A DNA stretch of 64,000 bases from Planctomycetota bacterium (GCA_965248575.1 CBDFJQ010000002.1:3968001-4032000), one strand, 5' to 3'; positions 17,996-27,871 are shown, counted from the stretch's first letter. Notes: generated from the sequence alone by a model not told the origin. Made by a program: numbers and translations.

Positions 17996-20931
17996 GGGGC
18001 AAAGGAGCCCGTCTCGGTTCAGGCCTGGCGATCCTCGCTTTCGCGTGTTCGCTCGCCGTTCTGGTGTGGCCAGAGCGCTCGACGCTCGGCGGCGTGGATG
18101 GCCTGATCCTCGAATTGCGTCAACGGGAAGTCGACCTGAACGAAGAGCTGCTCAAACTGCAGAGCGGCTTGGGGCGTTCCTACGATTCGATGGCCTACCA
18201 GGTCGTTGAGTTGCGCGATGTCCAGATGCGGCTGGGGGACGAGCTCGGGAGCTTGCCGTCCGACATGCGCACTTCGTTGGAACCCATGGTCAAGCGCTAC
18301 TCCTCCCTGGTGGAACAGCGCGAGCTCATCGCCGAGGACTACCCGTCGGCTGACTCCTTGCTCCGCAACTCCACGCGCTTCCTGCCCCGGGCTCTTTCAG
18401 ATTGCTTGAGCAAGCTTCCTCCTGGTGAGGGGACACGGGACCTTGCGGAGCTCTGTGATGAGCTGGAGCAGCAGGTGCTTCGGCATCTCGTCACGGGTGA
18501 CGAGGACACCTTGAAAGCGGCGCACATCGGGTTCTCTGAGTTGGCGTCGGCCGCGGAGCTGGCTGGGCGAACCCGCGAAGTGGGCGTGTTGCTGGCCCAC
18601 TCCAAGACCATCCTGGAAACAAAACCCCATACCGACGAGCTGCTGGTGGCGCTCTTGGATGTTCCAACCCCGGCCCTGCTCCAGGACATGATGGAGCTTT
18701 CACTGGCCCACGGTCGGCAGGAGCTTCACGAGGCATCGAGGCTGCGCCGCCTGCTGGTGGCCCTGGCTGCCGTGCTGGGCCTGTACATCTTCTGGACCGT
18801 CAATCGCTTGCGCCGTACAGCCCATGACCTGGACGAGAGCAACGCGGAGATCAGGGCTCAAAGCGAGTACGTGGAGAGCCTCGTGGGCTCCATGGCCGAC
18901 CCGCTGCTGGTGGTGGACTCCGAGGGAAACCTGAAGCGAGCCAATGGCGAAGCCTGCAACCTCCTGGGGTGGCAGGCGTCCGATCTGGTCGGCCGCTCCT
19001 TCCTGAGCTTCGTCTCCGTGAGCGGTGTGCGCTCGGGCGACGACGCCGAGAGGATGTTGGCGCGCGCCCGGAGTGGCGAGGAAGTGCGCAACGTGAACGC
19101 CGTGTTGTTGGCTCGAGACGACGAGCATGTGCCGGTGACCCTGTCCTGCGCGCATGTGTCGTCAGAGGTCCGCAAGGGCACAGACCTCGTGGTGCTGGCC
19201 CGTGATCAGCGGGAGCTGCTGGCCTTGCACGAAAGCGAGATGGAGTTGGCGGCAGCAGAAGCCTCGCAGCGCGCGTTGGAGCGGCGGCAAGAGGATCTGC
19301 GCAACGCCATGGAGGCAGCCGAGAGCGCCAACTTCGCGAAGGGGCGCTTCCTGGCCAACATGAGCCACGAGCTGCGGACTCCGATGAACGGCATCATCGG
19401 CATGTCAGAGATCATGCTGATGGATGAGGCCTCGGAGGAAGTCCGCGACGGCCTCGAGACGATTCATGCTTCCGCGCTGAGCCTGCTGGGCATCCTCAAC
19501 GACATTCTCGATTTCTCGAAGATCGAAGCGGGCTCCCTGGAGTTGGAGCGCGCCGAGATCGACGCAGTGGAAACCATCAGCCAGGTTGCCGAGTTGCTTG
19601 CACCCCAGGCACGCGAGAAGAAGCTGGCCCTGGGTGTGCTCGTGGCGCCCGGCACCCCGCGTCTCGTCAGCGGCGATCCGTTGCGCTTCCGCCAGGTCGT
19701 GATGAACCTGACAGGCAATGCCGTGAAGTTCACTCAGTCGGGCAGCGTCAGCTTGCGCCTCTGCCTCGGTGAGCAAGGCCGCCTACGGGTGGAGGTGCAG
19801 GACACCGGAATCGGTGTGGACGACGCCGTGAGGGAGAGCATCTTCAGTCCGTTCAGCCAGGCGGATGCTTCCACCACCCGACGCTTCGGCGGCACGGGCC
19901 TCGGCCTGTCCATCTCCGTGCAGCTGGCAGAGATGATGGGCGGGCGCCTTGGGCTCGACAGCGAAGTCGGCAAGGGCAGCACGTTCTGGTTTGAGGTGCC
20001 CGTGCAGGGGCCGGAAGGCGCGCTCGATGATCAGGGTGCGACCGAGTCGAGCGCCGCGCTGGCCCCGAGCGTTCAGAGGCCGGGCCTGGATGGCATGGGG
20101 GTCCTCGTGCTAGGAAGCCGACCGGCTGCCCTGGAGATGTTGCAGGAAGCCCTGGAGTTCGAAGGGGCCGTGGTGGACATCGCCCAGGATGGTGAGGAGA
20201 TACCGACCAGTGAGCTGAGCCGCGCCGATCTCGTGCTCGCAGACGGTGAAGAGCATGAGGCGCGGGCGACACGCTGCGCCGACACCCTGGGCGTGCCCAT
20301 GGTCGTGCTGGAGAATCAACGCCGCAGCGCTTCGGGGCAGCGCAACGGCGCGCGCCTGCATTGGCCCCTGGTGCAACCGATCCTGACGGATCTGGTCCAC
20401 CGGCTCGTCCGCGGCCAAGGCGATGAGGGTCCGACATCCGATCAGAACGAAACGAATTCGAGTCTCTTCCCGAAGGGCACGTCCGTGGAGACGGGGGTTC
20501 AGGGCGGTCGAAAGGACGACTCCCCTGTCCTGCTCAGCCAGTCCACGGGCGGACAGTTCGAAGTGCTGATTGTCGAGGACAACGTCACGAACCAGCGCGT
20601 GGCGCGCCTGCTGCTCGAGAAATGTGGAGTCCAGGCGGTGACGGCGGACAACGGGCAGAGCGCCCTCGACATGTTGGCAGAACGCGACTTCGATCTCGTG
20701 TTCATGGATTGCCAAATGCCGATCCTGGATGGCTACGAGGCCACGCGTCAGTTGCGGGAACGCGAGGGGGAGGCGCGCCATACGATCGTGGTGGCCATGA
20801 CCGCCAACGCCATGAAGGGCGACCGTGAGCGTTGCCTTGTCGAAGGCATGGACGATTACGTCACGAAGCCCTTGAGCCTCGTGGAGCTGCGCAAGGTGAT
20901 GGGGCGCTGGGCCGGGCCCACTCTGGCCTGA
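17992..20931 (+). CDS. Hybrid sensor histidine kinase (DAHL-like periplasmic domain, PAS, HisKA, HATPase, REC)
   Basis: LNEELLKLQSGL.RSYD..LLRNS (DAHL-like); FLANMSHELRTPMNG; GGTGLGL; MDCQMP receiver; ATGA overlap with the CCP gene. Confidence 0.92.
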   Translation: MRGKGARLGSGLAILAFACSLAVLVWPERSTLGGVDGLILELRQREVDLNEELLKLQSGLGRSYDSMAYQVVELRDVQMRLGDELGSLPSDMRTSLEPMVKRYSSLVEQRELIAEDYPSADSLLRNSTRFLPRALSDCLSKLPPGEGTRDLAELCDELEQQVLRHLVTGDEDTLKAAHIGFSELASAAELAGRTREVGVLLAHSKTILETKPHTDELLVALLDVPTPALLQDMMELSLAHGRQELHEASRLRRLLVALAAVLGLYIFWTVNRLRRTAHDLDESNAEIRAQSEYVESLVGSMADPLLVVDSEGNLKRANGEACNLLGWQASDLVGRSFLSFVSVSGVRSGDDAERMLARARSGEEVRNVNAVLLARDDEHVPVTLSCAHVSSEVRKGTDLVVLARDQRELLALHESEMELAAAEASQRALERRQEDLRNAMEAAESANFAKGRFLANMSHELRTPMNGIIGMSEIMLMDEASEEVRDGLETIHASALSLLGILNDILDFSKIEAGSLELERAEIDAVETISQVAELLAPQAREKKLALGVLVAPGTPRLVSGDPLRFRQVVMNLTGNAVKFTQSGSVSLRLCLGEQGRLRVEVQDTGIGVDDAVRESIFSPFSQADASTTRRFGGTGLGLSISVQLAEMMGGRLGLDSEVGKGSTFWFEVPVQGPEGALDDQGATESSAALAPSVQRPGLDGMGVLVLGSRPAALEMLQEALEFEGAVVDIAQDGEEIPTSELSRADLVLADGEEHEARATRCADTLGVPMVVLENQRRSASGQRNGARLHWPLVQPILTDLVHRLVRGQGDEGPTSDQNETNSSLFPKGTSVETGVQGGRKDDSPVLLSQSTGGQFEVLIVEDNVTNQRVARLLLEKCGVQAVTADNGQSALDMLAERDFDLVFMDCQMPILDGYEATRQLREREGEARHTIVVAMTANAMKGDRERCLVEGMDDYVTKPLSLVELRKVMGRWAGPTLA

Positions 20932-20954
20932 GTACCGGCTAGGCCATGCGTCGG

Positions 20955-21671
20955 TTAGACCGAGCGCGTGATGCCGCCGTCCACGCGCAGGTTCTGCCCG
21001 GTGATGTAACCCGCGCCCTCGGACGCGAGGAAGCCGATGACGTCGGCGATCTCCTGGGATTTGCCATAGCGTTGCATTGGGATGCGCTCCCGGAACTCGT
21101 CACGCTCCGGCAGGCTGTCGATGAAGCCCGGCAACACGTTGTTCATACGGATGTTCTCGGCGGCGTAGGTGTCCGAGAACAACTTGGCGTAGCTCGCGAG
21201 GCCGGCGCGGAAGACACCCGAGGTGGGGAAGACGGGGTCGGGCTCGAAGGCCGCGAAGGTGGAGATGTTGATGATCACTCCGGACTTCTGGCGTTGCATG
21301 ATGGGCGTCACCAGTCGCGTGGGCCGGGCGACGTTCAGGAAGTAGACCTCCAGGCCTTGGTGCCAGTCCTCATCAGAGAGCTCCAAGAGCGGGCCTTTCG
21401 GGCCGTGCCCCGCGCTGTTCACGAGCACGTCCACGCGACCCCAAGTCGCCATCGCGTCGTCCACCAGGCGCTGCAGGTCGGCCTGGGATTGATTGGAGCC
21501 CGTGACTCCCAGGCCACCCAGCTGCTTGGCCAGGGCCTCACCCTTGCCGGACGAGGAGAGGATGGCGACGTGAAACCCGTCCGCTGCGAGCTTGCGGGCC
21601 GCAGCCGCTCCCATGCCGCTGCCGCCGGCTGTGACGATGGCGACTCGTTGTTCGCTCACGGTTCCGCTCAT
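20955..21671 (-). CDS. SDR family oxidoreductase
   Basis: TAGGSGMG, VNSAG and YITGQNLRVDGG; atypical SxxxR (TSGVFR) in place of YxxxK. Confidence 0.9.
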   Translation of the reverse strand: MSGTVSEQRVAIVTAGGSGMGAAAARKLAADGFHVAILSSSGKGEALAKQLGGLGVTGSNQSQADLQRLVDDAMATWGRVDVLVNSAGHGPKGPLLELSDEDWHQGLEVYFLNVARPTRLVTPIMQRQKSGVIINISTFAAFEPDPVFPTSGVFRAGLASYAKLFSDTYAAENIRMNNVLPGFIDSLPERDEFRERIPMQRYGKSQEIADVIGFLASEGAGYITGQNLRVDGGITRSV

Positions 21672-21728
21672 GGCGTCGTTCTCGCTGTGGAGGAGGGCGC
21701 GATGGAGCTGCCCTGGATCGCGAGCAGC

Positions 21729-24596
21729 CTACAGCTCGGCCAGGCCGATGCGCGCATCTTCCAGGCCTTGCCTGATGAACAGGATGTTCGTGGGATCGGA
21801 GTCGAGCAGCAGGTCGGCTTCGCCCAGCTCGTCGAAACGTTGGAGTGCGAACTCGTAGTGCTCGCAGGCAAGTTCCCACTGAGCGAGCCCTCGGTGTGCG
21901 TCCGCGCGGAGCGCAGCGCCCACCATGGTCATGCGCTGTGCCCAACGGTCCGTGGGGTCCTGTTGGAGGACCAGGTCGAGTTGGTTGCGGAAGTCGAGGG
22001 CCCGCGCCATGGCTTCGGCGGGGTCGCCGGCTTGCATGGCCACCATGCCCAGCTTCAGGACCGCGAGCGCACGGTGAATGCGCGCGATGAGGTCGTCGGG
22101 AGCATGGGCCAGGACTGCGTCGGCTTCAACCAACGCACGTTCCAAGAGCTCCGTGGCGACCGCCGGCTCACCGCGCGTCACCCGGAACTCTCCGGCATCC
22201 ACGAGAAAGGCCATCAGGTCGCGACGGGCATCGAGGTCTGCGGGATGGCGCAACAGTGCCGATTCCACCCGGTTGATGGCGTCGGCATTGTGGACGACGG
22301 CGGCGTCCCACTCGCCCAGCCGGGCCGACGTGCGCGCCATGTCCTGCTTGACCAGCCAAGCCTCCCGGGCTGCACCCAGGTCGAGGGGGTCGGCCAGCAT
22401 CAGTGATTCGAGGCGCTTCCAAACATCGGCGAACAGCTCAGAGGCTTCACGCTCTCCCCCGGTGGCGCTCAGGATCCGCCCATGAAAGCGCTCGGCCATG
22501 GCCAGGTCGCGCTCGGCGAGAGGGGTGCCCGGCGCGCTCTTGTGCAAAGTGCGAGCGAGGGTCACGGCGTCCGCACCACAACGCTTTGCTTCGTCGAGGT
22601 TGCCTGCTCGCTCGTGCAGTTCGCCGGAAGAGACCAGGACCGCGAGCAGGGGGCGGAAGGCGCGAGGGTTCTTGGGGTCGGCTTGGGCCACGTCGCGCGC
22701 GAGCTGCAGCGCCCGGTTCAGTTCGGTCAAGGACTCGCTGCTGCGGCCCAAGACCCCGAGCACCTCGGCCTTCTCGACGAGAGCTGTGACCAGCAGCGGA
22801 GAGTCGGGTTGCTGTGCAACGCCCAGCTCGTGCACCAACTGTTCTGCTTGCTGAAGGCGGTCGAGAGCGCGGTCTACTCGACCCTGCCGTTGCTCCACCT
22901 TGGCAAGACGCTGGAGTGCCTGGACCCGCGCCTCCGTGAGGTCAACGTCTCCGGGCGTCTGGGCCAGTTGCCGTTCCACGAGCTGGAGATGCTTGGCGTA
23001 GCTCGCGGCGGCTCCCTCTGCATCGCCCAGGCTTGCGCGTGAGGCGCGACCCTGGACATCTCCCATGCGCAGGTAGCCTGCGCTGAGCTCGGCGAGCAGC
23101 GCCTGATCGTCGCCGGCCTCCAGGCTCAAGGCGTCCAGGTAGTGCAGGGACGTCTCCACCAGGCGTGCGCGCGCGCGGGTCGCACCGGGCAGGGCGGCAA
23201 TCTCGTCGTGCAGGCCGTGTAAGAGTTCGCCGGCCAGCGAACGAATCTGATCGAAGCGGCTGACGGCCCGGAACTCGGCGCGTTCGGCGCGGCTGCGGGC
23301 CAGGCCTTCGTCGAGGTAGAGCTGCAGGATGACGACCAGGGATGTGCTGAGGACCACCAGCAGGAGTGCGACACCACCGACCAAGAGCTTGTTGCGCTGA
23401 ACGAAGCGCAGAGAGCGATAGCTGGTGGAGTGGGGGCGGGCGAGCACGGGCAGTTGCGCCCTGTATCGGCGGAGGTCTGCGGCCAAGGCGCCCACCGAGG
23501 CGTAGCGGCGTTCCACGTCCACGCGCAGGGCCGTGGCCAAGATGACGTCCAGGTCGCCCCGGAGTGCATGGCCGAGGCGGGTTGCGTCGGTGTGGCGATG
23601 GGCCGCGCGGTCCTTGGGAGGCAGCGTTCCGTCCAGCTCGCGCCGCACCACCTCGCTGGCAGGGGGCGGTTCCTCGTTCACGGAGGCGGCTCGCTGGACC
23701 AGGCTGGTGCCCCGGTCCGCGTGAGGGGCCACACCCGTCAGCAGCTCGTAGAGCACCACGCCCAGGGAGTAGATGTCCGACGCGGTGCTGACAGGCTCGT
23801 CGCGCAACTGCTCCGGGCTGGCGTATCGAGGAGTGAGAGGACGTGGGCCCTCCAGGGTCCGTTCTCCGGCCTGGCCTGTCTCCGAGAGCAGGCCCGCGAT
23901 GCCGAAGTCCAACAGCCGCGGCTCACCGTCTGGAGTGACGAGCACATTGGCCGGCTTGATGTCGCGGTGGACGACGAGCTGCCCATGGGCATGTTCCACG
24001 GCATCGCAGACCTTCAGGAAGAGGTCGATGCGCTCGTGGATTGCGAGCTCGTGCTCGTCGGCGTGCCGATCGATGGGCGTGCCGTGCACGAGCTCCATGG
24101 CCAGCCAGGGGTGACCGAGCCCGGCCAGCGTGGAGTCGCCCGCCGAGATCTCCTCGGTCCCGCCGTCCAACAGGCGGGCGATGTTCGGATGGTTGAGGCG
24201 CGCCAGGGCATCGCGCTCCACGCCGAAGCGCTTCCGGTAACCCTCACCGAGCAAGCTGGGGTGCAGCAGCTTGACGGCTGCGCTCATGGCGAAGGAACCG
24301 TCGGCGCGTTCGGCGCGGTAGACCGTCCCCATGCCCCCGCTGCCGAGTTGTTCGTGCAAGCGCCAGGGCCCGCATTGCTGCAGCATGCTCGGGGCGGGGA
24401 GTGGGTCCTCCTCAAGCGCGGGTGGGGCCAGGAAATCCGGATCGGAGTGCTCTTCATCGAGCACGGATCGGGCCAGGGACAAGAGCTCGGCATCCCCCTG
24501 ACAGGCCTCAGCCAGCTCGTCGTCGCGGCGCGCTGCGGGCGCTGCCAGGACGCGATCCAGTACGGGGCGCACCCGTGCCCAGACGTCAGCCTTCAT
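21729..24596 (-). CDS. Hanks-type Ser/Thr protein kinase with TM helix and TPR sensor region
   Basis: LGSGGMGTVY, HRDIKPAN, LLDFG, YASPEQ, DIYSLG; TM LLVGGVALLLVVL; start overlaps the end of the ECF gene. Confidence 0.93.
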   Translation of the reverse strand: MKADVWARVRPVLDRVLAAPAARRDDELAEACQGDAELLSLARSVLDEEHSDPDFLAPPALEEDPLPAPSMLQQCGPWRLHEQLGSGGMGTVYRAERADGSFAMSAAVKLLHPSLLGEGYRKRFGVERDALARLNHPNIARLLDGGTEEISAGDSTLAGLGHPWLAMELVHGTPIDRHADEHELAIHERIDLFLKVCDAVEHAHGQLVVHRDIKPANVLVTPDGEPRLLDFGIAGLLSETGQAGERTLEGPRPLTPRYASPEQLRDEPVSTASDIYSLGVVLYELLTGVAPHADRGTSLVQRAASVNEEPPPASEVVRRELDGTLPPKDRAAHRHTDATRLGHALRGDLDVILATALRVDVERRYASVGALAADLRRYRAQLPVLARPHSTSYRSLRFVQRNKLLVGGVALLLVVLSTSLVVILQLYLDEGLARSRAERAEFRAVSRFDQIRSLAGELLHGLHDEIAALPGATRARARLVETSLHYLDALSLEAGDDQALLAELSAGYLRMGDVQGRASRASLGDAEGAAASYAKHLQLVERQLAQTPGDVDLTEARVQALQRLAKVEQRQGRVDRALDRLQQAEQLVHELGVAQQPDSPLLVTALVEKAEVLGVLGRSSESLTELNRALQLARDVAQADPKNPRAFRPLLAVLVSSGELHERAGNLDEAKRCGADAVTLARTLHKSAPGTPLAERDLAMAERFHGRILSATGGEREASELFADVWKRLESLMLADPLDLGAAREAWLVKQDMARTSARLGEWDAAVVHNADAINRVESALLRHPADLDARRDLMAFLVDAGEFRVTRGEPAVATELLERALVEADAVLAHAPDDLIARIHRALAVLKLGMVAMQAGDPAEAMARALDFRNQLDLVLQQDPTDRWAQRMTMVGAALRADAHRGLAQWELACEHYEFALQRFDELGEADLLLDSDPTNILFIRQGLEDARIGLAEL

Positions 24597-25203
24597 GGCC
24601 TCGCTCCGGGTCGGTTGGCTCTCCGCGCGGGTCGTCCGGTTCTGACGCGAGGGCGGTGCGCAACCAGATGCGTGCGAGGCGCCAACGCCGCTCCGCGGTG
24701 GAGAGGGAGCAGCCCGCTGCTTCGCAGGTCTCTTCCATGGAGAGACCGCCGAAGAAGCGCAGCTCGATGATGCGCACGAGGTCGGGCTCCTCCTGAGCCA
24801 GGCGTTGCAGGGCCTCCTCGAGGGCAAGCAGGTCCAGGCCGTTGGCTTCGTAGCTTTCGACGGCCACGTCCAGGGGGACGCGCTCGCGATCGCCGCCGCG
24901 CTTGGTGGCGAGCCGCGAGCGGGCGTGATCCACAAGGACGGAGCGCATGGCCCGGGAGGCGAAGCACAGGAAGTGCTCGCGCCCGTTCCAGCTGACCCCC
25001 TTGCTGATCCGCAACCAGGCTTCGTGCACCAAGGCCGTGGGTTGCAGGGTGTGCGCGGCAGACTGGGCGTTCATGTGTTGTCGGGCGATCCGGCGCAACT
25101 CGTCGTAGAGGGCCGCCAGCAGCGGAGCCTCGGCGTCCTGCTCCCCACCGGAGACCCGGCGTAGGAGTTCCGTGGCGTCGGGCGTGTTGGGGGCGGACGA
25201 CAT
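24586..25203 (-). CDS. ECF sigma factor, STK-associated (Sig-70_X6/ECF43-like type)
   Basis: LYDELRRIA, HTLQPTALVHEAWLRI, LVDHAR, KRGG, ELRFFGGL..EE, WRLARIWL. Confidence 0.93.
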   Translation of the reverse strand: MSSAPNTPDATELLRRVSGGEQDAEAPLLAALYDELRRIARQHMNAQSAAHTLQPTALVHEAWLRISKGVSWNGREHFLCFASRAMRSVLVDHARSRLATKRGGDRERVPLDVAVESYEANGLDLLALEEALQRLAQEEPDLVRIIELRFFGGLSMEETCEAAGCSLSTAERRWRLARIWLRTALASEPDDPRGEPTDPERGHEG

Positions 25204-25209
25204 GCAGGA

Positions 25210-25215
25210 ATCCTA
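25210..25215 (-). promoter_or_regulatory. -10 box for a probable leaderless ECF sigma transcript
   Basis: TAGGAT on the minus strand, 6 nt before ATG 25203. Confidence 0.55.
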
Positions 25216-25435
25216 CACCGGCCAGGGGGCTGCCCTCCCGCTGAGCGTCGACAGAGCTTTGTCCGAGGATCCGCATACAAGGGAACACGCACTTGGGGGG
25301 CTGCGGCCCTCAGTAGAAACGGGGCTGCTTGAAGGGCTGGGGCCGGTCCTTCCGTTTCCCAGGGTGAAGGCCCAGTGAGAGGCCGATCCCAACTGGGCTT
25401 TTTGGCCCACTCAAGTGTGTTCTTGGAGGACTCAG

Positions 25436-27781
25436 ATGTTCCGTATCCCACAGGCCCTGCTCGTGGCCGCGATCCTGTTCGGCGTGAGCGCCGACGTCCA
25501 GGCGGCCGACACCGGCACGCTGAGTCTGCAGGTGCCCCTGCTCAAGTCGAAGGCCAAGGCCAACGGCATCAAGTTCTCGCCTTACAAGAGCGGCAAGGAA
25601 GCCTTCCAGGTGACCATCGAGCTCTTCGATGCGGACAGCGGGGCCCCCCTGCTGCAGCAAGATGGTGCGACGCCCTGGTCAGAGACCTTCACGGTCACGT
25701 CCAACACGGCGGCACCCAGCGACCCGGCCAACGGGTTGCTGAGCGAGCCGAGCAAGATCGCGGGGCGGACAACGGTCCTGCTGGGTTCGACCCTCGAGCT
25801 GCCACCGGATCTGCTCGAAGGAGATGTCGTCTTCACGACCCGGCTTACCACCTTCAAGAAGGGTGTGGCCCAGACGCCCTTCGAGCGCTCGCCGCCCAGG
25901 CCGCTCGGCGTCAGCGGCATCGTCCATGGGCAGAACCTGAAGCCGGCCCGGGTCGAAACGGAGAAGCTGCAGGTCACCGGTGGCGCGGCGGATGGGAATG
26001 TGCTGACGAGCGATGCCAGCGGCAACGCCACCTGGCAGCCCTTTGCGGATGTTTCCGGTGTCACAGGCACCGCGAATCGTCTCGCAGTCTTCGACAGCGC
26101 GAACACACTCGGCGATTCCCTGATCGTGCAGAGCGCTCAACAGGTGACCATCGAGACGCAGCTCAGGGTGACGTCGGGCTTGGTTTCGGACACGGACATC
26201 TTTGCCGGTAACGACGTCTTCGCCAATGATGACGTGGTCGCCGCTGACGATATCGTTGCCGGCGGGAACGTGCTAGGAGGGGCGCTCATGTCCGCATTTG
26301 AAGTGCGCGGGTCGAGCCTTGTGCGCTCCGGTTCACCCAGTTCGGCGACCACCGCAGGCGATGTGGTGGCCGATGATGATCTGCTTGCCGATGACGATGT
26401 GATCGCGGGGGATGACGTCTTCGCCGGGGGCTCGATCAATGCCAACGGCGGAGCTTCCCTAGGTGGTTCGCTCACAGTCAGCGGTTCGGCCAACGTCTCG
26501 GGTTCGTTGGGTACCAGCAGCGCGTTCACCGCAACGAGCGACATCAACACGAAGAACGGCTCTGTGACGGCTGGTTCACCAAGCTCGGCGTTTGCTGCGG
26601 GGGACGTGGCTGCCACGGACGATCTCGTGGCCGACGACGATGCGCTTATCGGAGATGACGTCATCGCAGGGGGACACATCCAGACCGGTACTCCGAGCAT
26701 TTCTCCATCCACCGGCGATGTGGCCGCCACAGACGACCTGATCGCTGACGATGACATCTTCTTGGGCGGCGGTCTGATCGTGCTCGACGACGCCAATGGC
26801 AGCGAACAACTGGAGATCCGCACCGACGAGGACATGGTGTTCCAAGTCAACAACGACATCACCGGGGGAGCCAACGACGAGTTCCGTTGGAACCAGGCAC
26901 CGCCTGGACTCGGTGGCTTCGTCGCCATGCGGCTGGACAAGGACGGCGACCTCTCCATCGACGGCAGCTACTCGTCGGGTGGCGCAGACCTGGCGGAGTA
27001 CTTCCCCACCACCACATCGATGTTGAAGCTGAAGCCCGGCACGCTGGTGGCCCTCGACCCCCAACTCCCAGAGCACGTGCAGCGGGCGGAGTTGGGCCAG
27101 GCCGAGCTGGTGCTGGGGGTGGTGCCCACGGCACCGGGTCTCCTCATGGGTGCGGGCAGCGTCATGGGTCTGCAGCCCGAGCTGCTGCGCGCCGCGGACA
27201 GGGCCCAGGAGCAGGACGAGTTCGAGCTGTCGGTCGCCCTTGAGACGCAGTGGCGGGCCGTCAACAACGCCCGGGTGGATCGCATCGCCGTGGCCTTGCA
27301 GGGTCGTGTGCCCGTTCGGGTCGATTTGACGGGTGGTGTGATCGCTGCGGGTGACCGCCTCGGCATGAGCGCCCAGCCTGGGATGGCAGCCCGCTACACC
27401 GGTTACGGCCCGGTGATCGGCATTGCCATGGAGGCCTTCGACGGCAGCGCGCAACAGGAGAGCATCGTCGTCTTCCTGGGCCTCGACCACTCGCCGGACG
27501 CCAGCAGCGGTGGGGGTCTGGGCGCCGCCGATCTGCTCGAGGGTCTGGCGGAGTTGGAGCGCTCACAGCTGTTCGTGGGCACGGCACAGTTCCAGCCGGG
27601 GCAGAGCCGCCTCGTCGTGCAGGACGGCCGCCTCGCTGCGGACTCCCTGCCCGTGCTGACCTTCTACGGCAACCCGGGCGGCAGCTATTGGGTCAGTGAG
27701 CGTGGGCACGGTTGGTTCGTGGTGGAGCTGGAGCAGCCCGCGACCGATTGGCTGGAGCTGGGGTTCAGCGCGACGCCCTAG
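25436..27781 (+). CDS. Secreted fibre/adhesin-like protein with acidic hexapeptide repeats and a peptidase-G2/intramolecular-chaperone-like C-terminal domain
   Basis: Signal peptide; DDxxAx repeats; GGADLAEYF, ALQGRVPVRV, GDRL, VIGIAME; GGAGG RBS. Confidence 0.7.
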   Translation: MFRIPQALLVAAILFGVSADVQAADTGTLSLQVPLLKSKAKANGIKFSPYKSGKEAFQVTIELFDADSGAPLLQQDGATPWSETFTVTSNTAAPSDPANGLLSEPSKIAGRTTVLLGSTLELPPDLLEGDVVFTTRLTTFKKGVAQTPFERSPPRPLGVSGIVHGQNLKPARVETEKLQVTGGAADGNVLTSDASGNATWQPFADVSGVTGTANRLAVFDSANTLGDSLIVQSAQQVTIETQLRVTSGLVSDTDIFAGNDVFANDDVVAADDIVAGGNVLGGALMSAFEVRGSSLVRSGSPSSATTAGDVVADDDLLADDDVIAGDDVFAGGSINANGGASLGGSLTVSGSANVSGSLGTSSAFTATSDINTKNGSVTAGSPSSAFAAGDVAATDDLVADDDALIGDDVIAGGHIQTGTPSISPSTGDVAATDDLIADDDIFLGGGLIVLDDANGSEQLEIRTDEDMVFQVNNDITGGANDEFRWNQAPPGLGGFVAMRLDKDGDLSIDGSYSSGGADLAEYFPTTTSMLKLKPGTLVALDPQLPEHVQRAELGQAELVLGVVPTAPGLLMGAGSVMGLQPELLRAADRAQEQDEFELSVALETQWRAVNNARVDRIAVALQGRVPVRVDLTGGVIAAGDRLGMSAQPGMAARYTGYGPVIGIAMEAFDGSAQQESIVVFLGLDHSPDASSGGGLGAADLLEGLAELERSQLFVGTAQFQPGQSRLVVQDGRLAADSLPVLTFYGNPGGSYWVSERGHGWFVVELEQPATDWLELGFSATP

Positions 27782-27837
27782 TGTCGTCGTCGCGGGGTGC
27801 AGAGGCTTCTCACAACGAACCCCGCATGCTGCTGGGC

Positions 27838-27871
27838 AGCGGCCTCCCGGATTGAACTCCGGGAGGCCGCT
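27838..27871 (+). terminator. Probable intrinsic terminator
   Basis: Perfect 14-bp stem AGCGGCCTCCCGGA-ttgaac-TCCGGGAGGCCGCT after the fibre gene; weak U tail. Confidence 0.65.

Noticed and set aside
20931..20960. GTCTAAC (attC inverse-core-like) at the SDR stop
   Set aside because: No downstream GTTRRRY core; the spacer is only ~23 nt before a convergent gene.
25436..27781. Prophage tail gene
   Set aside because: It has a Sec signal peptide and no phage structural, integrase or lysis genes nearby.
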